Below, piece after piece: positions 1-9,778 of a stretch of DNA of 64,000 nucleotides. The position numbers and the translations under genes are program-made. Source of the stretch: Hadesarchaea archaeon (GTDB taxonomy: Archaea > Hadarchaeota > Hadarchaeia > Hadarchaeales > Hadarchaeaceae); assembly GCA_029259175.1 (NCBI GenBank), contig JAPDJH010000009.1, positions 18,123 to 82,122 on the forward strand. Direction: 5' to 3'. The notes below the pieces were generated by a model, which made no database searches, was not told the origin of the DNA, and saw only the letters and a program-made list of their open reading frames with translations. How positions within the stretch are numbered: the first letter of the stretch is position 1; the number at the start of each line of letters is the position of its first letter.

Positions 1-202
1 ACGTCGCGATCGGTGACTATGCCCACCGGCTTTCCCTGCTCCACCACGACCAGACTCCCGACCCCGCGTTCGGCGAGCATCCGCGCCGCTTCAAAAACGC
101 TCTTCGAACTCTCAATCGTGACAACTTTTTTAGTCATAAAATCTTCTACGCTTACTACCATTCAGCCCCCACATTTCACCTCGGCGGCACTCCTTAAAAC
201 CC

Positions 203-628
203 TCACTTCCTGAACTCCTCGGAAATCCTCAAAATGTTGGTCTTCCAGTACGGCGTCTTTGTGATCGCTCCCTTGCGCTCCAGATTGTTCACCAAGGCAC
301 TGAGCTTGGACTTCGACATGTCGAGCTGTTTGCAGAGCTTGTCCTGCCGTGCCTCACCCCCTACCTGCAGGATGGCTTCAAACACTTTTCGCTCGTCCTC
401 CGACAGCGTCATGAGCGCAACGCGCAACGCTCGCTCACGCGCAAATCGATGGGAGACAATAAGTAGCACCGCAGCAATTCCACCGGCGACGCAAACCATA
501 ACCAGAACCGCCACCAAAACAGCAAAAAAATCCAAAGAAGAGGAAGAAAACAAGTAAAGGATCGCGCCAAGCGTTGCCTGAAGAGCCACCACTAGAGCCA
601 GGAGAGACGCGGCATCTCTGAATCTCAT
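203..628 (-). CDS. Membrane-anchored winged-HTH transcriptional regulator
   Basis: 141 aa. N-terminal hydrophobic helices (ALVVALQATLGAILYLF..., VLVAVLVMVCVAGGIAAVLLIV). C-terminal HTH-like 'LSEDERKVFEAILQ...LSKSKLSALVNNLERKGAI'. Last gene of a 3-gene minus-strand unit. Confidence 0.5.
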   Translation of the reverse strand: MRFRDAASLLALVVALQATLGAILYLFSSSSLDFFAVLVAVLVMVCVAGGIAAVLLIVSHRFARERALRVALMTLSEDERKVFEAILQVGGEARQDKLCKQLDMSKSKLSALVNNLERKGAITKTPYWKTNILRISEEFRK

Positions 629-655
629 ATCACCTTGACTATATGCTCGTCCAAT

Positions 656-889
656 TTAACGGTTTTTGCTGAAGAGCTTGGAAATCCCCCACAGCGCTCC
701 AGCGATCACCAGTGAGATCAGCGCCGGAATCATGAGAGCTACTGCCTTCGCCGTGGCGTCCACCGACATCGAGGCGACTGGCCAAGAAAGCAGGACCACA
801 GGCAAGATCACCGCTAGCACTATCGACAGAACGAGCTTGTTGGAACTCATTGCTCTCTCCCTCCTTACTTGCCCAGCCACTGCTTCCAC
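656..889 (-). CDS. Small integral membrane protein (2 TM), hypothetical
   Basis: 77 aa, two long hydrophobic segments. Overlaps the upstream gene by 25 nt. Confidence 0.35.
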   Translation of the reverse strand: MEAVAGQVRRERAMSSNKLVLSIVLAVILPVVLLSWPVASMSVDATAKAVALMIPALISLVIAGALWGISKLFSKNR

Positions 890-2220
890 GTGCTTTCGGC
901 CCGTTCCATGGTCTGCTGCATCAGCTGCACCGTTTGCTCGCTGATGCTGGTTATTTCACCGGATTCCCACGAGCTCTGGATGTTTTCCAAATCTGTTAGG
1001 GTGTCTTCCATCGCCGTCACGAGTTCGTCGAAGTCCAAGTCTTCCAGCGCCCCGATGTATTGCTGGCAAAGCTCTATCGCCTGTTGTAGTGTCTCTTCAG
1101 AGGAAGCCCTCCAAGCGTATCGATACGTTAAGCGTTGCGCCACCACAGGGAGCACGTTATCCGAAAGCGTGTCCTTCAGTTGCTCGATCCGCTCCAGAGC
1201 ACTTTCCAGCACATCTAAGTTGATCGCCCGAACGACCTGAGCCACGCTAACACCTTTGGAGAGGTTCTCCTTCACTTCGGCCGCCAAAGCTTTGAGCTCC
1301 TCCGCCGCCGCCTTGACCTCCTCGGCTATCTGGGCTATCGGAATCTCGCCAGCTTTCACTGCAGAGATCACTTCCACCATCCGCGAGCTCCGGGCTATAG
1401 CAAGCTCGATTGCTGGCTTTGCCTCCTCCGGCACGCGCTCGTACACGTTCTCCAGCACCTCTAAGTGTTTCAACACCATCTCTTCTGCAACGTCTAGCCC
1501 CGAGTTCTCCTCCGCCCATTGAACTACCTTCTCCAACCGGTTCTCGAGGATCTCAGTGACCCGCTCGCAAACGTCTGAACGCATCTGGTGTGCCACCTCA
1601 GCTATTTTGTCGAGCAGGTTATCAACGACACTCTGTTCAACCGTTTGAACGGCTTGCCACACTGGTAGCTTTTCTATCTGAGTTCGAAGCTCCTTCGCAG
1701 CGTTTTTGATCTCTTGGATGTGTGTCTTGAGCTGAGCCTTGTCTACCTTGCCGGCCTCGAGCTCCGAGAGGACCTCCGCACCTCTGGCACTCTTGTAGAT
1801 CGCCAATGCCAGCGCGGTCTTGGCCTCGTCCGGGACTCGCTCCAACAGATTCTCCAACATTGTGGTGTGCTTCATCACCGCCTCGAGTGCCCGCTCGAAC
1901 TTCGCATTGTCGGTCGCCCTAGCTACCGCCGAGCCGATCCGATCCGCTGCTTCGTCGACCAAACCCGCGTAACGCTCCGCCTTCCCTCGGTCAAGCATTG
2001 CTCTGAACTCCTGAACGCGCTCATCCGCAATGCTAATATCGAATCCTTGGCCTCCGGTGAACGCCTCCTTGATCCCCTCGCCTATCCGCTCCAGACCGTA
2101 GAACGGACTGTCCGGGAGAGTGTCCACTTGGTCAACGATCACAGGTGTGCTCACTCCACTCGCCGTCGCTATTACCACTATGGCCACAGCGATCGTCGCA
2201 ATCCCTCTTTCGCCGAACAT
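865..2220 (-). CDS. N-terminally anchored alpha-helical repeat protein (DUF5667-like 'LPDSPFYGLERIGE' region)
   Basis: 451 aa. N-terminal TM/signal segment (IATIAVAIVVIATASGV). Motif DTLPDSPFYGLERIGEGIKEAF. Clear internal duplication: ...LENLLERVPDEAKTALALAIYKSARGAEVLSELEAGKV... versus ...LENVYERVPEEAKPAIELAIARSSRMVEVISAVKAGEI... Confidence 0.5.
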   Translation of the reverse strand: MFGERGIATIAVAIVVIATASGVSTPVIVDQVDTLPDSPFYGLERIGEGIKEAFTGGQGFDISIADERVQEFRAMLDRGKAERYAGLVDEAADRIGSAVARATDNAKFERALEAVMKHTTMLENLLERVPDEAKTALALAIYKSARGAEVLSELEAGKVDKAQLKTHIQEIKNAAKELRTQIEKLPVWQAVQTVEQSVVDNLLDKIAEVAHQMRSDVCERVTEILENRLEKVVQWAEENSGLDVAEEMVLKHLEVLENVYERVPEEAKPAIELAIARSSRMVEVISAVKAGEIPIAQIAEEVKAAAEELKALAAEVKENLSKGVSVAQVVRAINLDVLESALERIEQLKDTLSDNVLPVVAQRLTYRYAWRASSEETLQQAIELCQQYIGALEDLDFDELVTAMEDTLTDLENIQSSWESGEITSISEQTVQLMQQTMERAESTWKQWLGK

Positions 2221-2451
2221 TGTCCATCCCCTCCTTTTTTGTTCGGGTGGAGCTCACCGCGCGGCCCCTGTCACCGCACGGATCATTGTTTTTTTACAGT
2301 GTTGATTTTCTTCAAAGCCCTATTTATCAAATCTCGCCGAACCGTTCATATCTCACATAAAAACAGAGATATTCTTCCAGAAATAACAAAAACTGAGAAG
2401 AAACACCGTTTTACCGTTCATAAGCTAAGCAAAACGCTTTAATTCAAAAAA

Positions 2452-3375
2452 TCACAAACGAATGAGCACAACTCTGCTCGCCTCTGCTTCGTCCGCAATA
2501 CGGGTCCCCAACCCCCGAGCCAGCTCCTGAGCAAACTCACGAATTTCAACATGAGAGGGCATGTTCTCAAGCTTGAGCCGGACGCGCGAGTATCCCACCC
2601 ACATATACCCCTTCACCTCGACGTAGTCCGGCTCGGCCAGGCGGATCAAGCGCACGTACTCGTGAGGCCGAACCATGTTGACCCCCTTCACCAGAGTCAG
2701 CCTCAGCGCACGCCGAGTATCAATCCCTTTCATGACTCTCAGGCTCTCCACAAAGCGTTCCCACCCATCGGGTCGTAGAGGATTGCAAACATTCTCGTAC
2801 GTGTGGCGGTCCGGAGCAACCACTGAAACATAGAGTTGTGTCGGCAGGGGCTTCAGCGCGGAAAGCACTTCGGGATGCAGCCCATTGGACACCACAAAAC
2901 TCGTCATCCCCCGACTCCTGCACTCTCTTACCAGCTCACCCAGCTTCGGATAGAGAGTGGGCTCGCCCGCCAGAGAAATCGCACAGTGCTTCGGATGCTG
3001 TGCCTCCTCGAGCTTCTTGCGATCAACCAGAGGATTTCCTCCAAAACCGCTCAGCAATTCGCGTTGGGCACGGATTGCCTCATCCAAGAGTGCCCCGGGA
3101 TCATCGACTGATCCTCTCCACACTGGAGTGGTAATCGACGTGTCCCTCCAGCAAAACACGCACTTGTGATCGCAGAAGGGGAGCGCCGGTGTGAACTGCA
3201 AACACCTGTGACTCCGCAAGCCGATTTCAGAGCCGTAGAACTGCTCCTTGTAACATACACCACGACCGACAAGACTGCGCTTGGTCCAGTGGCACACCTT
3301 CACGGCGCTGTGCCCTCTGCCCAGAACCCGATAGCCCGCGTTCTCCAGTCGGCTAATCTGGTCCGCGGAGAGCAT
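2452..3375 (-). CDS. taw1: tRNA 4-demethylwyosine synthase (radical SAM, Tyw1/Taw1)
   Basis: 307 aa. Characteristic 'CHWTKRSL...CYKEQFYG...SHRCLQFTP...CDHKCVFCWR' cysteine pattern and flavodoxin-less archaeal architecture. Confidence 0.8.
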   Translation of the reverse strand: MLSADQISRLENAGYRVLGRGHSAVKVCHWTKRSLVGRGVCYKEQFYGSEIGLRSHRCLQFTPALPFCDHKCVFCWRDTSITTPVWRGSVDDPGALLDEAIRAQRELLSGFGGNPLVDRKKLEEAQHPKHCAISLAGEPTLYPKLGELVRECRSRGMTSFVVSNGLHPEVLSALKPLPTQLYVSVVAPDRHTYENVCNPLRPDGWERFVESLRVMKGIDTRRALRLTLVKGVNMVRPHEYVRLIRLAEPDYVEVKGYMWVGYSRVRLKLENMPSHVEIREFAQELARGLGTRIADEAEASRVVLIRL

Positions 3376-4348
3376 GAACTCGGCTCAATCTTTGTTCCAG
3401 CAGCTTAAACAGTTCACGTTTGAGATCTTTGAACCTGCCACGACCGGTCATACTGGCCGCTCCCGCGTGCCCTCCGCCGCTCCCCTCAAATCTGTGCCCC
3501 AGCTCCTCCATCATTTCTCCCAAATGGATGCCCGTCTCCTCTAGGAAGTCCTCCCGCGCCCGCGCGCTGAGCTTGAGCTGGCCCTTGTCCTCCGCCCCGA
3601 CGAACGCCGCGTCCGCACCGATGCGAACCATCACAGCTGCCGCATCCGCCTCAAAGGAGCCGAGCTCCGAGCACAGAAAGTGGTAACCGTACATCCGCTT
3701 GAGCTCGGCCCGCTCTACGGCTTTCAGCAGCGCTATCCGTTTTGATCGGTCTTCCGGGAGCTTCATCGACGCAAGAACCCGGTTATAATCGGCCCCGCAC
3801 TTGATGAGCTCCCACACGGTTCTGAAGGTCTCGGGCTTGGCAAGCCTGAAGTGAGCAGTGTCGCTTATGATTCCCGATAAAAGCAAAGAGGCCTGCTCTG
3901 GGGACAGCGAAACACCCAGCTCGCGTGCGATATCGAATATCAGCTCTGACTCAGAGGCGTAGTGCTCAAACACCAAGTGAACGTTCACCGACTTTCTGGT
4001 CTCCTCGTTGGGGCGGTGATGGTCGATTACTAGAATCTCTCCTCTGAACTTCCTCACCTCCTCTCCGAAACTCCCTAGATGTCCAAACCCGGACGTGTCA
4101 ACAAGCACCACCGCATCACAGTTTAGAGAGGGATTGACATCAATCGTGTAGCCGAACTCTGAAAGAACGCTCCGGGCCAGCAGAGAAACGTCCTCAGCTG
4201 CCCCGGCCTTTACCTCGCGGCAAAACCTGCGCAAAATGTGAGCGAGAACCAGCGCGCTGGCGACACCGTCCGGATCCGCATTATGGTGACAGAGCACCAC
4301 CACCCGCTTGCCGCTCAAGCTGCGCAGAGCTTCAACCACTTCGCGCAT
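3353..4348 (-). CDS. DHH/DHHA1-family phosphoesterase (NrnA-like)
   Basis: Motifs 'VVLCHHNADPDGVASALVL', 'LVIDHHRPN', 'GGGHAGAAS'. Start placed at the internal ATG (MREVV...) at 4348, because the annotated longer ORF (to 4732) overlaps the prefoldin-beta gene with a low-complexity Ala/Gly/Pro N-terminus. Confidence 0.65.
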   Translation of the reverse strand: MREVVEALRSLSGKRVVVLCHHNADPDGVASALVLAHILRRFCREVKAGAAEDVSLLARSVLSEFGYTIDVNPSLNCDAVVLVDTSGFGHLGSFGEEVRKFRGEILVIDHHRPNEETRKSVNVHLVFEHYASESELIFDIARELGVSLSPEQASLLLSGIISDTAHFRLAKPETFRTVWELIKCGADYNRVLASMKLPEDRSKRIALLKAVERAELKRMYGYHFLCSELGSFEADAAAVMVRIGADAAFVGAEDKGQLKLSARAREDFLEETGIHLGEMMEELGHRFEGSGGGHAGAASMTGRGRFKDLKRELFKLLEQRLSRVHALRGPD

Positions 4349-4359
4349 GAAAGTGAGCC

Positions 4360-4725
4360 TTAACCAGCAACTCCTTGAGTCTGCCCGCCCTTCAAGGCCT
4401 GATCGAGCTTCTCCTGCATCTCCTTCAGGCGTTCGATCACGCGGTCCTGCTGCCGCGCCACCGTCTTTACTCTCAAATCTAGGGTCTCTTTTTCCTCCGA
4501 CAGACGCTTTTCCACCTCTTGCTTGTCCGACTTTATCAGCAAACCACCAACACTTCGATACACCACCACGTCCGCCGGGAGCTTCTGTAGTTCCTCCAGA
4601 GCTCGCTCCGCTTCCTTCAGCAGGAGCTCCAGCTGCTGTCGCTGGGCTATGAGCGCTTGTGCTTGCTGCTGGAGTTGCTGGTACTGCGCGAGCTGGTGCC
4701 GGAGCTGAGGCGAGAGCTTTTCCAT
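4360..4725 (-). CDS. pfdB: Prefoldin beta subunit
   Basis: 121 aa coiled-coil. 'LAQYQQLQQQAQALIAQRQQLELLLKEAERALEEL...VVVYRSVGGLLIK...' is a typical prefoldin-beta signature. Confidence 0.75.
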   Translation of the reverse strand: MEKLSPQLRHQLAQYQQLQQQAQALIAQRQQLELLLKEAERALEELQKLPADVVVYRSVGGLLIKSDKQEVEKRLSEEKETLDLRVKTVARQQDRVIERLKEMQEKLDQALKGGQTQGVAG

Positions 4726-4982
4726 CCTTCACACCCCTCTATTGCCTCCTTCGCTACTTTTATCAGCCTCACGAATGTATTTACCGCCGCGCGTAGCGCA
4801 GCTGTGTCTTTTGCTTCTACTCGCAGGCATAAAACCCTTTTCCCAACCCTCACCGAAACTGACGACCTGTCCGAATCTGATTTCGAGCACTCCGGGAGCA
4901 GCGCACGGCGCACGGCATTGGCTTTTCGCTGGTTTTCGAACTCCAAGCAAATCTCAGCCCAGGTCCGCACCGGCTTGACCAC
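4647..4982 (-). CDS. pcc1: KEOPS subunit Pcc1
   Basis: 'WAEICLEFENQRKANAVRRALLPE...VSVRVGKRVLCLRVEAKDTAALRAAVNTFVRLIKVAKE' matches the Pcc1/CTAG fold pattern. A low-complexity Ser-rich C-terminal tail overlaps the pfdB start by 78 nt. Confidence 0.6.
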   Translation of the reverse strand: MVKPVRTWAEICLEFENQRKANAVRRALLPECSKSDSDRSSVSVRVGKRVLCLRVEAKDTAALRAAVNTFVRLIKVAKEAIEGCEGWKSSRLSSGTSSRSTSNSSSKHKRS

Positions 4983-5460
4983 TCTCCCACCTCTCTATCT
5001 CGATCAAAGGACCTATGCGCAGCCGCTGCTCCAAGAACTCGATGCGGTCTCTCTCCACGCGCATAACGGGAAGCTCGGAATCGTTCGTCACCGGGAGGCC
5101 CGTAAGCTCGGACAAAACCTTTGCATAAGACCCCGCTGTTTCGGAGAAAATCCCCACAACTCGTTTAGAGATCCGAAAACCCAAGTCACGTGCCAAGACC
5201 ACGCGGGAAAGGGTGGGGGCGAACCAGGACCATCTCCAACCCTCTTCTTCCTTTGTCAGAAATCTCAGCTCCCGGGGTTCTGCCTGGACAGTGCATATGA
5301 TCAACACAGCTCGCTTGTCCAGCCTCTGCGCAAGCTCTATCAGCTTGCGAACCGTTTTTTCTCCACGCGGAAGATAAACAGACCCGGACAAAACTCGACT
5401 CAATTCTCTCCCCAGTATCCTAGAGCGATGCCCCGGTCTTCTCGAAGTGGTGATAAGCAT
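4954..5460 (-). CDS. Brix-domain ribosome biogenesis protein (Imp4-like)
   Basis: 168 aa. The 'MLITTSRRPGHRSRILGRELSRVL' N-terminus is typical of the archaeal Brix protein. Standard exosome-superoperon member. Confidence 0.7.
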   Translation of the reverse strand: MLITTSRRPGHRSRILGRELSRVLSGSVYLPRGEKTVRKLIELAQRLDKRAVLIICTVQAEPRELRFLTKEEEGWRWSWFAPTLSRVVLARDLGFRISKRVVGIFSETAGSYAKVLSELTGLPVTNDSELPVMRVERDRIEFLEQRLRIGPLIEIERWESGQAGADLG

Positions 5461-5467
5461 AGCTTGT

Positions 5468-5608
5468 CTAAACCACTTTCACTTTTTTGACGAGCTTCTC
5501 AGGCCGGACCTTGTATAAAACTCGGTAGCTGCAATAGGGGCACCTAAGCTTGCCCTCGGGCAGTTTTTCCACCAGCCGACCGCATCCACCGCACCTCAAC
5601 ACGCTCAC
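5468..5608 (-). CDS. rpoP: DNA-directed RNA polymerase subunit P (RpoP/Rpc10)
   Basis: 'LRCGGCGRLVEKLPEGKLRCPYCSYRVLYKVRPEK' zinc ribbon. Start set at the GTG (codon at 5606-5608) immediately after the L37ae stop. The longer ATG ORF has a non-conserved Gly/Ser-rich extension. Confidence 0.65.
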   Translation of the reverse strand: MSVLRCGGCGRLVEKLPEGKLRCPYCSYRVLYKVRPEKLVKKVKVV

Positions 5609-5615
5609 GACCCCC

Positions 5616-5843
5616 TCATTTTCTTCTCTCACCGGGCGTATAAGCCCGCCCGGCGAACTTGATCCCACACCGTCGGCACTGCCAGATCGCCGTCCCAACA
5701 CGCCTGAGTTTTTTAGCCTTGCAGTTGGGGCACTCGTACCACTGTTTTGCCTTGGCCTCCACCTCTGCGGCCCTGCGCCTCAAGGTGAAGCCATATCTCG
5801 GACCGTACTTGCCCGCAATCCCGACTTTTTTGGTTCGGCCCAT
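5616..5843 (-). CDS. rpl37ae: Ribosomal protein L37Ae (eL43)
   Basis: 'MGRTKKVGIAGKYGPRYGFTLRRR...YECPNCKAKKLRRVGTAIWQCRRCGIKFAGRAY'. Confidence 0.85.
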   Translation of the reverse strand: MGRTKKVGIAGKYGPRYGFTLRRRAAEVEAKAKQWYECPNCKAKKLRRVGTAIWQCRRCGIKFAGRAYTPGERRK

Positions 5844-5849
5844 CTCCGA

Positions 5850-6614
5850 CTACCCCAGCAGATTTCTGAGCTCAGCGCTTTTCTCTTTGGCGAGCATATA
5901 AGCTTTTTCCACTTCGTCTCGCGTGAAGTAGAACGGCCCTCCCTTCTGCATCGCACAGATGCTCCCGTCCTCCACCGTGGTTATGGTCAGCCTCGCGTCC
6001 ATCACCTGCTCTTCCTCGAGCGACGGATCAACCAACAGCTTTCCGTTTATCTTCGCCACCGTCACCGCCACGGGCTTTTTCTGAACAGGGAACCGCTCCA
6101 GCGTCCACGCATCGTCTTCGGGCGGCTTCACATCCCACAGCGCAGTTGTCGTGGCCAGCGCACACGCATCTATCAGATTTCCGTCATGGTCTAGGACGTC
6201 GATATCCACGAACACTGCCCACACTTCCTCTCCGGGTGTTATCGCCAGTTTGTCCAGGGCTATGGTCTCGGACTCCCGGATTCCGCGGTCTACCACGCGC
6301 GCGAGCTCGATGGCGTCTTCGGTGGGAGGACCGGGCTCAAAGGTGGGCGAAGCGAGCGGCAACAGCTCGGCGTTCACGACCAAAATGCCGTGCTCCGGCA
6401 GATCCGGGAAGGGCTCCCCCTTCTCCAATTTCACGCCCACGACCACCGTGGTGTTGCCTATTTGCACCTTGGCAGATCCGTTGGCGGTCTTGATCACGCC
6501 GCGCTCCACCTTGATGTCTCTGAACTGATTCAGCGCCCGCCCATCGACCCGCTTGTCTTGGCTCAGAAGACTCAGCAGATAGTCCCGCCGAACTCTGGCA
6601 ACTACCTCCATCAT
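5850..6614 (-). CDS. rrp42: Exosome complex component Rrp42
   Basis: 254 aa RNase PH-like. N-terminus '[51 protein letters not shown]'. Confidence 0.85.
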   Translation of the reverse strand: MMEVVARVRRDYLLSLLSQDKRVDGRALNQFRDIKVERGVIKTANGSAKVQIGNTTVVVGVKLEKGEPFPDLPEHGILVVNAELLPLASPTFEPGPPTEDAIELARVVDRGIRESETIALDKLAITPGEEVWAVFVDIDVLDHDGNLIDACALATTTALWDVKPPEDDAWTLERFPVQKKPVAVTVAKINGKLLVDPSLEEEQVMDARLTITTVEDGSICAMQKGGPFYFTRDEVEKAYMLAKEKSAELRNLLG

Positions 6615-7333
6615 TCCGTCCCTCCCACGGCGTACTTCTCCTTCAACGCCCTGCGCTGAGCCTCGTAGATCTGCTCACATCCACGCATCGCCAGATCCAA
6701 CGCCCGTTTGAACTCCTCCTCTGTAAAATGACCGTCCATCTGAAGCAGGGTGATGGCTTTCTTCCGCGGCATCATCGCAACTGGCATATCGGTGGTCCCC
6801 CACTGATCCTCCGCTTTCATCAGATCAATCACTATGGTATTGTCAACTTTGCCTACCGCAACAGCGGAAACCAGATCTCTCATCGGAATGCCCGCATCAG
6901 CAAGGGCCACCGCAGCGGCATTTATTCCGGCCGTGCGTGTCCCGGCGTCCGCCTGAAGCACCTCTATGAAAACATCGATCACCGCCCGCGGATAGAGCTC
7001 GAGAAACAAAGCCGGTTGAAGTGCCTCCCGTATAACCTTGGAGATCTCTATAGATCTCCGATCGGGTCCAGGACGCTTGCGCTCTTCAACGGAGAAGGGG
7101 GCCATGGTGTACCTGCATCGCAGAACTGCAAAGTCGGGTTGTGCCTCGTGTCTCGGGTGCATTTCGCGCGGACCGTAAACAGCTGCTATCACCTTGTTGT
7201 TGCCCATCTCGATGTACGCTGAGCCGTCTGCCCGTCCAAGCGCTCCAGCGACGATCTTGATCGGTCGCAATTCTTCGGGTGCTCGCCCATCCAGTCGTTT
7301 GCCGTCCACTATGAGTTGCTCTGGCTTTTCCAT
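6611..7333 (-). CDS. rrp41: Exosome complex exonuclease Rrp41
   Basis: 240 aa RNase PH. '[43 protein letters not shown]'. Overlaps rrp42 by 4 nt. Confidence 0.85.
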   Translation of the reverse strand: MEKPEQLIVDGKRLDGRAPEELRPIKIVAGALGRADGSAYIEMGNNKVIAAVYGPREMHPRHEAQPDFAVLRCRYTMAPFSVEERKRPGPDRRSIEISKVIREALQPALFLELYPRAVIDVFIEVLQADAGTRTAGINAAAVALADAGIPMRDLVSAVAVGKVDNTIVIDLMKAEDQWGTTDMPVAMMPRKKAITLLQMDGHFTEEEFKRALDLAMRGCEQIYEAQRRALKEKYAVGGTE

Positions 7334-8019
7334 TAATTCACCTCCTTTGTTTCTTCTAACATGAGTTTTATTCTGTCGGTGAGACCCGTCGTGTGGGCTT
7401 CGCGCTCTATCTTTTTGAGTGCATCGGTCACGCGAGCCACATCACCGTCGCTGCCCCATATCATTATTCTTCCGTTGTTCGCCACAAGCAACCTGCAGCG
7501 CCCAGACTTCTGGAGCACGCTGAGCATGGATCCCTTCTTGCCCAGCACGCGGGGGATCTTCATCGGCGAGATCTCGACCAGTTTTCCTCCCTTCAGTTTT
7601 CCCAAGCCCGGCTTTCCTCCCTCCAGCAAGACCTGCTTCTTTTCATCGACCCTTTTGACCCGGAGCACGACGACGTCCTTTACTTGCAGAAAGCGCTTCA
7701 AGTTTTCTCGGCCCGGAGTCACCTTGCGCTGCAGATAATCCTGAACCAACAGGTTCGCAAGATAGGGAGAATTGATGTCCACAATCCACCCTAGCGGGTG
7801 CACGTCCACTATCACTCCGATCACCAAGTCTCCCTCCTTGGGAACGTAGGGGCCCTGCAGAGGAATCACTCGAATTCGCCTCCCCTTGATGTCGACAAGT
7901 CCGACTACCGTAGAAAAAATTCTTTTGCCCTCGCGAAACACCCCGTCGGAGACCAGATAATCTCCTTCAGCCAGCTGCTGACCCGGGACCACCAACTCTC
8001 GATTTTCTACCATTATCAT
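7333..8019 (-). CDS. rrp4: Exosome RNA-binding subunit Rrp4 (S1 + KH)
   Basis: 228 aa. '[31 protein letters not shown]' N-terminal/S1 domain and a C-terminal KH-like region. Confidence 0.8.
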   Translation of the reverse strand: MIMVENRELVVPGQQLAEGDYLVSDGVFREGKRIFSTVVGLVDIKGRRIRVIPLQGPYVPKEGDLVIGVIVDVHPLGWIVDINSPYLANLLVQDYLQRKVTPGRENLKRFLQVKDVVVLRVKRVDEKKQVLLEGGKPGLGKLKGGKLVEISPMKIPRVLGKKGSMLSVLQKSGRCRLLVANNGRIMIWGSDGDVARVTDALKKIEREAHTTGLTDRIKLMLEETKEVN

Positions 8020-8711
8020 TCAACCACCTTTATCTCGACCTCCCCCTTGGTGACCTCGTTCAGTTTCTCATATACTTCCGATTGGATTCCCGCAGGAATT
8101 TCAAGTAAAACGATCCACGAGCCGTCGTTCATCCACTCCTCTTGTTTCAGCGTCCCCAGCTTGCGCACCACCGCCTGGGCCTTTCCCACATACGCGGGCG
8201 GGATCTTGGCGGCGATTTTGCGCATCTCAAACTTCAGCGGAAGGATGGGTTGAAGCGCCTTGACGACGCGGGGGATCTGCTCCTCAGCGCTTGCAAACTC
8301 GTCTATGTGGACCTTGGCCTCTCGGAGCGCCTCTTCAATCCTCGCTGGGGGGTGGGGGGTTCCGGTCTGGGGATTTATCGCGCGTCTAGCAATGATGGTG
8401 ACTATCTGCTTGAACTTTTCTTCGCGCATCTGGCGGCGTTGCTCGGTCGTGAGCTGCACCTCGCCGCGTTTTATGATTTCCTCGGCCACTTTGAACACGT
8501 CGGTCGTTCCAAAGACCTTTTTAATCGTCTCTTCCGAAGCCGCCTCTCCCCGCCTCGCGTTCTTGAAAATCTTATCTATGGCCAGCAGATTTCTGATATC
8601 CACGCTTTTTCCCTCTTTGAGATCCCGCGCCAAATAGGGGTCTACCAGAATCTCGAAAGTCGCACCCTGGTGGGAAAACCTCGCGATGACCGCGTCCTCC
8701 AGCCGCACCAT
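8016..8711 (-). CDS. sdo1: Ribosome maturation protein SBDS/Sdo1
   Basis: '[61 protein letters not shown]'. Start moved to the internal ATG at 8711, directly after the psmA stop. Confidence 0.75.
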   Translation of the reverse strand: MVRLEDAVIARFSHQGATFEILVDPYLARDLKEGKSVDIRNLLAIDKIFKNARRGEAASEETIKKVFGTTDVFKVAEEIIKRGEVQLTTEQRRQMREEKFKQIVTIIARRAINPQTGTPHPPARIEEALREAKVHIDEFASAEEQIPRVVKALQPILPLKFEMRKIAAKIPPAYVGKAQAVVRKLGTLKQEEWMNDGSWIVLLEIPAGIQSEVYEKLNEVTKGEVEIKVVE

Positions 8712-8718
8712 AGGCCCG

Positions 8719-9471
8719 CTACTCCTTGGCGGACCTGGCCGGCTTCCCTTCAACCCTTTGGGCGTACTCTGCGATCTCGCTCTCACCGAGCTTGCGGAAC
8801 TTGCCGGTTTCAACGGGAATCACTGCCATCTCCAGCTTCTTGGCATCTAAAGGACGCTCAACGACCCTCGACAGAGCTTCCACCGCAAGCTGGATGGTGT
8901 CGTTAAGCGACAAGTCCTCAGAGTACTCTTTCTCCAAAAACTCAACGACCGTCTGCGCTCCTCCGCCAATAGCTTGTGACTTGTATGCTGCCACAACACC
9001 GCTCGGATCCGTTTCAAAAAGCTTCGGAGAGCCGTCACTGTCCACGCCTCCGATGAGCAGGCGAACACCAAACGGCCGAACCCCACCGTGTTGGGTGTAG
9101 AGCTGCTTTATATCCCCTATCCGCCTGGCAAGCGTTTGCACACTAATGGGCTCATCATATCGCAGGCGATTGATTTGAGCCTCGATGCGCGCCTGATCTA
9201 TCAGGACTCGAGCATCGGCGATCAAGCCGGACGCGGCTGCTCCAATATGCTCGTCGATTTGAAAGATCTTCTCGATCGATGTTTTCTCCACTAGCTTGCT
9301 GCGCAGTCTCTTTTCTGCGGCCAGGACCACCCCTTCTTTTACCTTGATACCGAGAGCGGTGAGTCCTTTCTTTACCGCCTCCTGAGCGTACTGGACTTGG
9401 AAAAGCTTTCCGTCCGGGCTGAAAACGGTGATTGCCCGGTCATAACCTGCTCCAGGAGGCACAAACGCCAT
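8719..9471 (-). CDS. psmA: Proteasome alpha subunit
   Basis: '[36 protein letters not shown]...'. 250 aa. Confidence 0.9.
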   Translation of the reverse strand: MAFVPPGAGYDRAITVFSPDGKLFQVQYAQEAVKKGLTALGIKVKEGVVLAAEKRLRSKLVEKTSIEKIFQIDEHIGAAASGLIADARVLIDQARIEAQINRLRYDEPISVQTLARRIGDIKQLYTQHGGVRPFGVRLLIGGVDSDGSPKLFETDPSGVVAAYKSQAIGGGAQTVVEFLEKEYSEDLSLNDTIQLAVEALSRVVERPLDAKKLEMAVIPVETGKFRKLGESEIAEYAQRVEGKPARSAKE

Positions 9472-9520
9472 TTGCTCACCACCTCACAGCTCGCCTTTTA
9501 TCGTTCTCCGTCCGAGGTTT

Positions 9521-9778
9521 TTAACTTTTCCTAATGAATTTCTTGATGGCTCTCTTGATAGTGCCCGAAACACCCACCACTTGAAGCCCGAGTGCGTTCA
9601 ATCGCCGTTTCAGCTCTGGGAGCTGAAGGTGGGTACATCTCAAAACGACGAACCCCTCCACTCCCTCAAGCTTCACGCGCTGGAGGCCTTTGAACTCTCG
9701 CTGTAACAAAGACAACGAGGGCTCCGCGCTCGCCGGGTCTCGCCGGATCACCACATATCTGCGCCTGAGCCGCTTCAC
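9521..9778 (-). CDS. rnp2: RNase P protein component 2 (Pop5/Rnp2)
   Basis: 85 aa. 'MKRLRRRYVVIR...VLRCTHLQLPELKRRLNAL...VSGTIKRAIKKF' resembles the archaeal Pop5 ends. Sits at the Pop5 position of the exosome superoperon. Confidence 0.55.
   Translation of the reverse strand: MKRLRRRYVVIRRDPASAEPSLSLLQREFKGLQRVKLEGVEGFVVLRCTHLQLPELKRRLNALGLQVVGVSGTIKRAIKKFIRKS

Noticed and set aside
4349-4732. N-terminal 128-codon extension of the DHH phosphoesterase ORF
   Set aside because: Ala/Gly/Pro-rich, no homology, and it runs straight through the prefoldin-beta gene. The internal ATG at 4348 gives a normal DHH protein.
8712-8813. 34-codon N-terminal extension of SBDS
   Set aside because: Ser/Pro/Arg-rich and overlaps the psmA 3' end. 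The conserved SBDS sequence begins at the internal Met.
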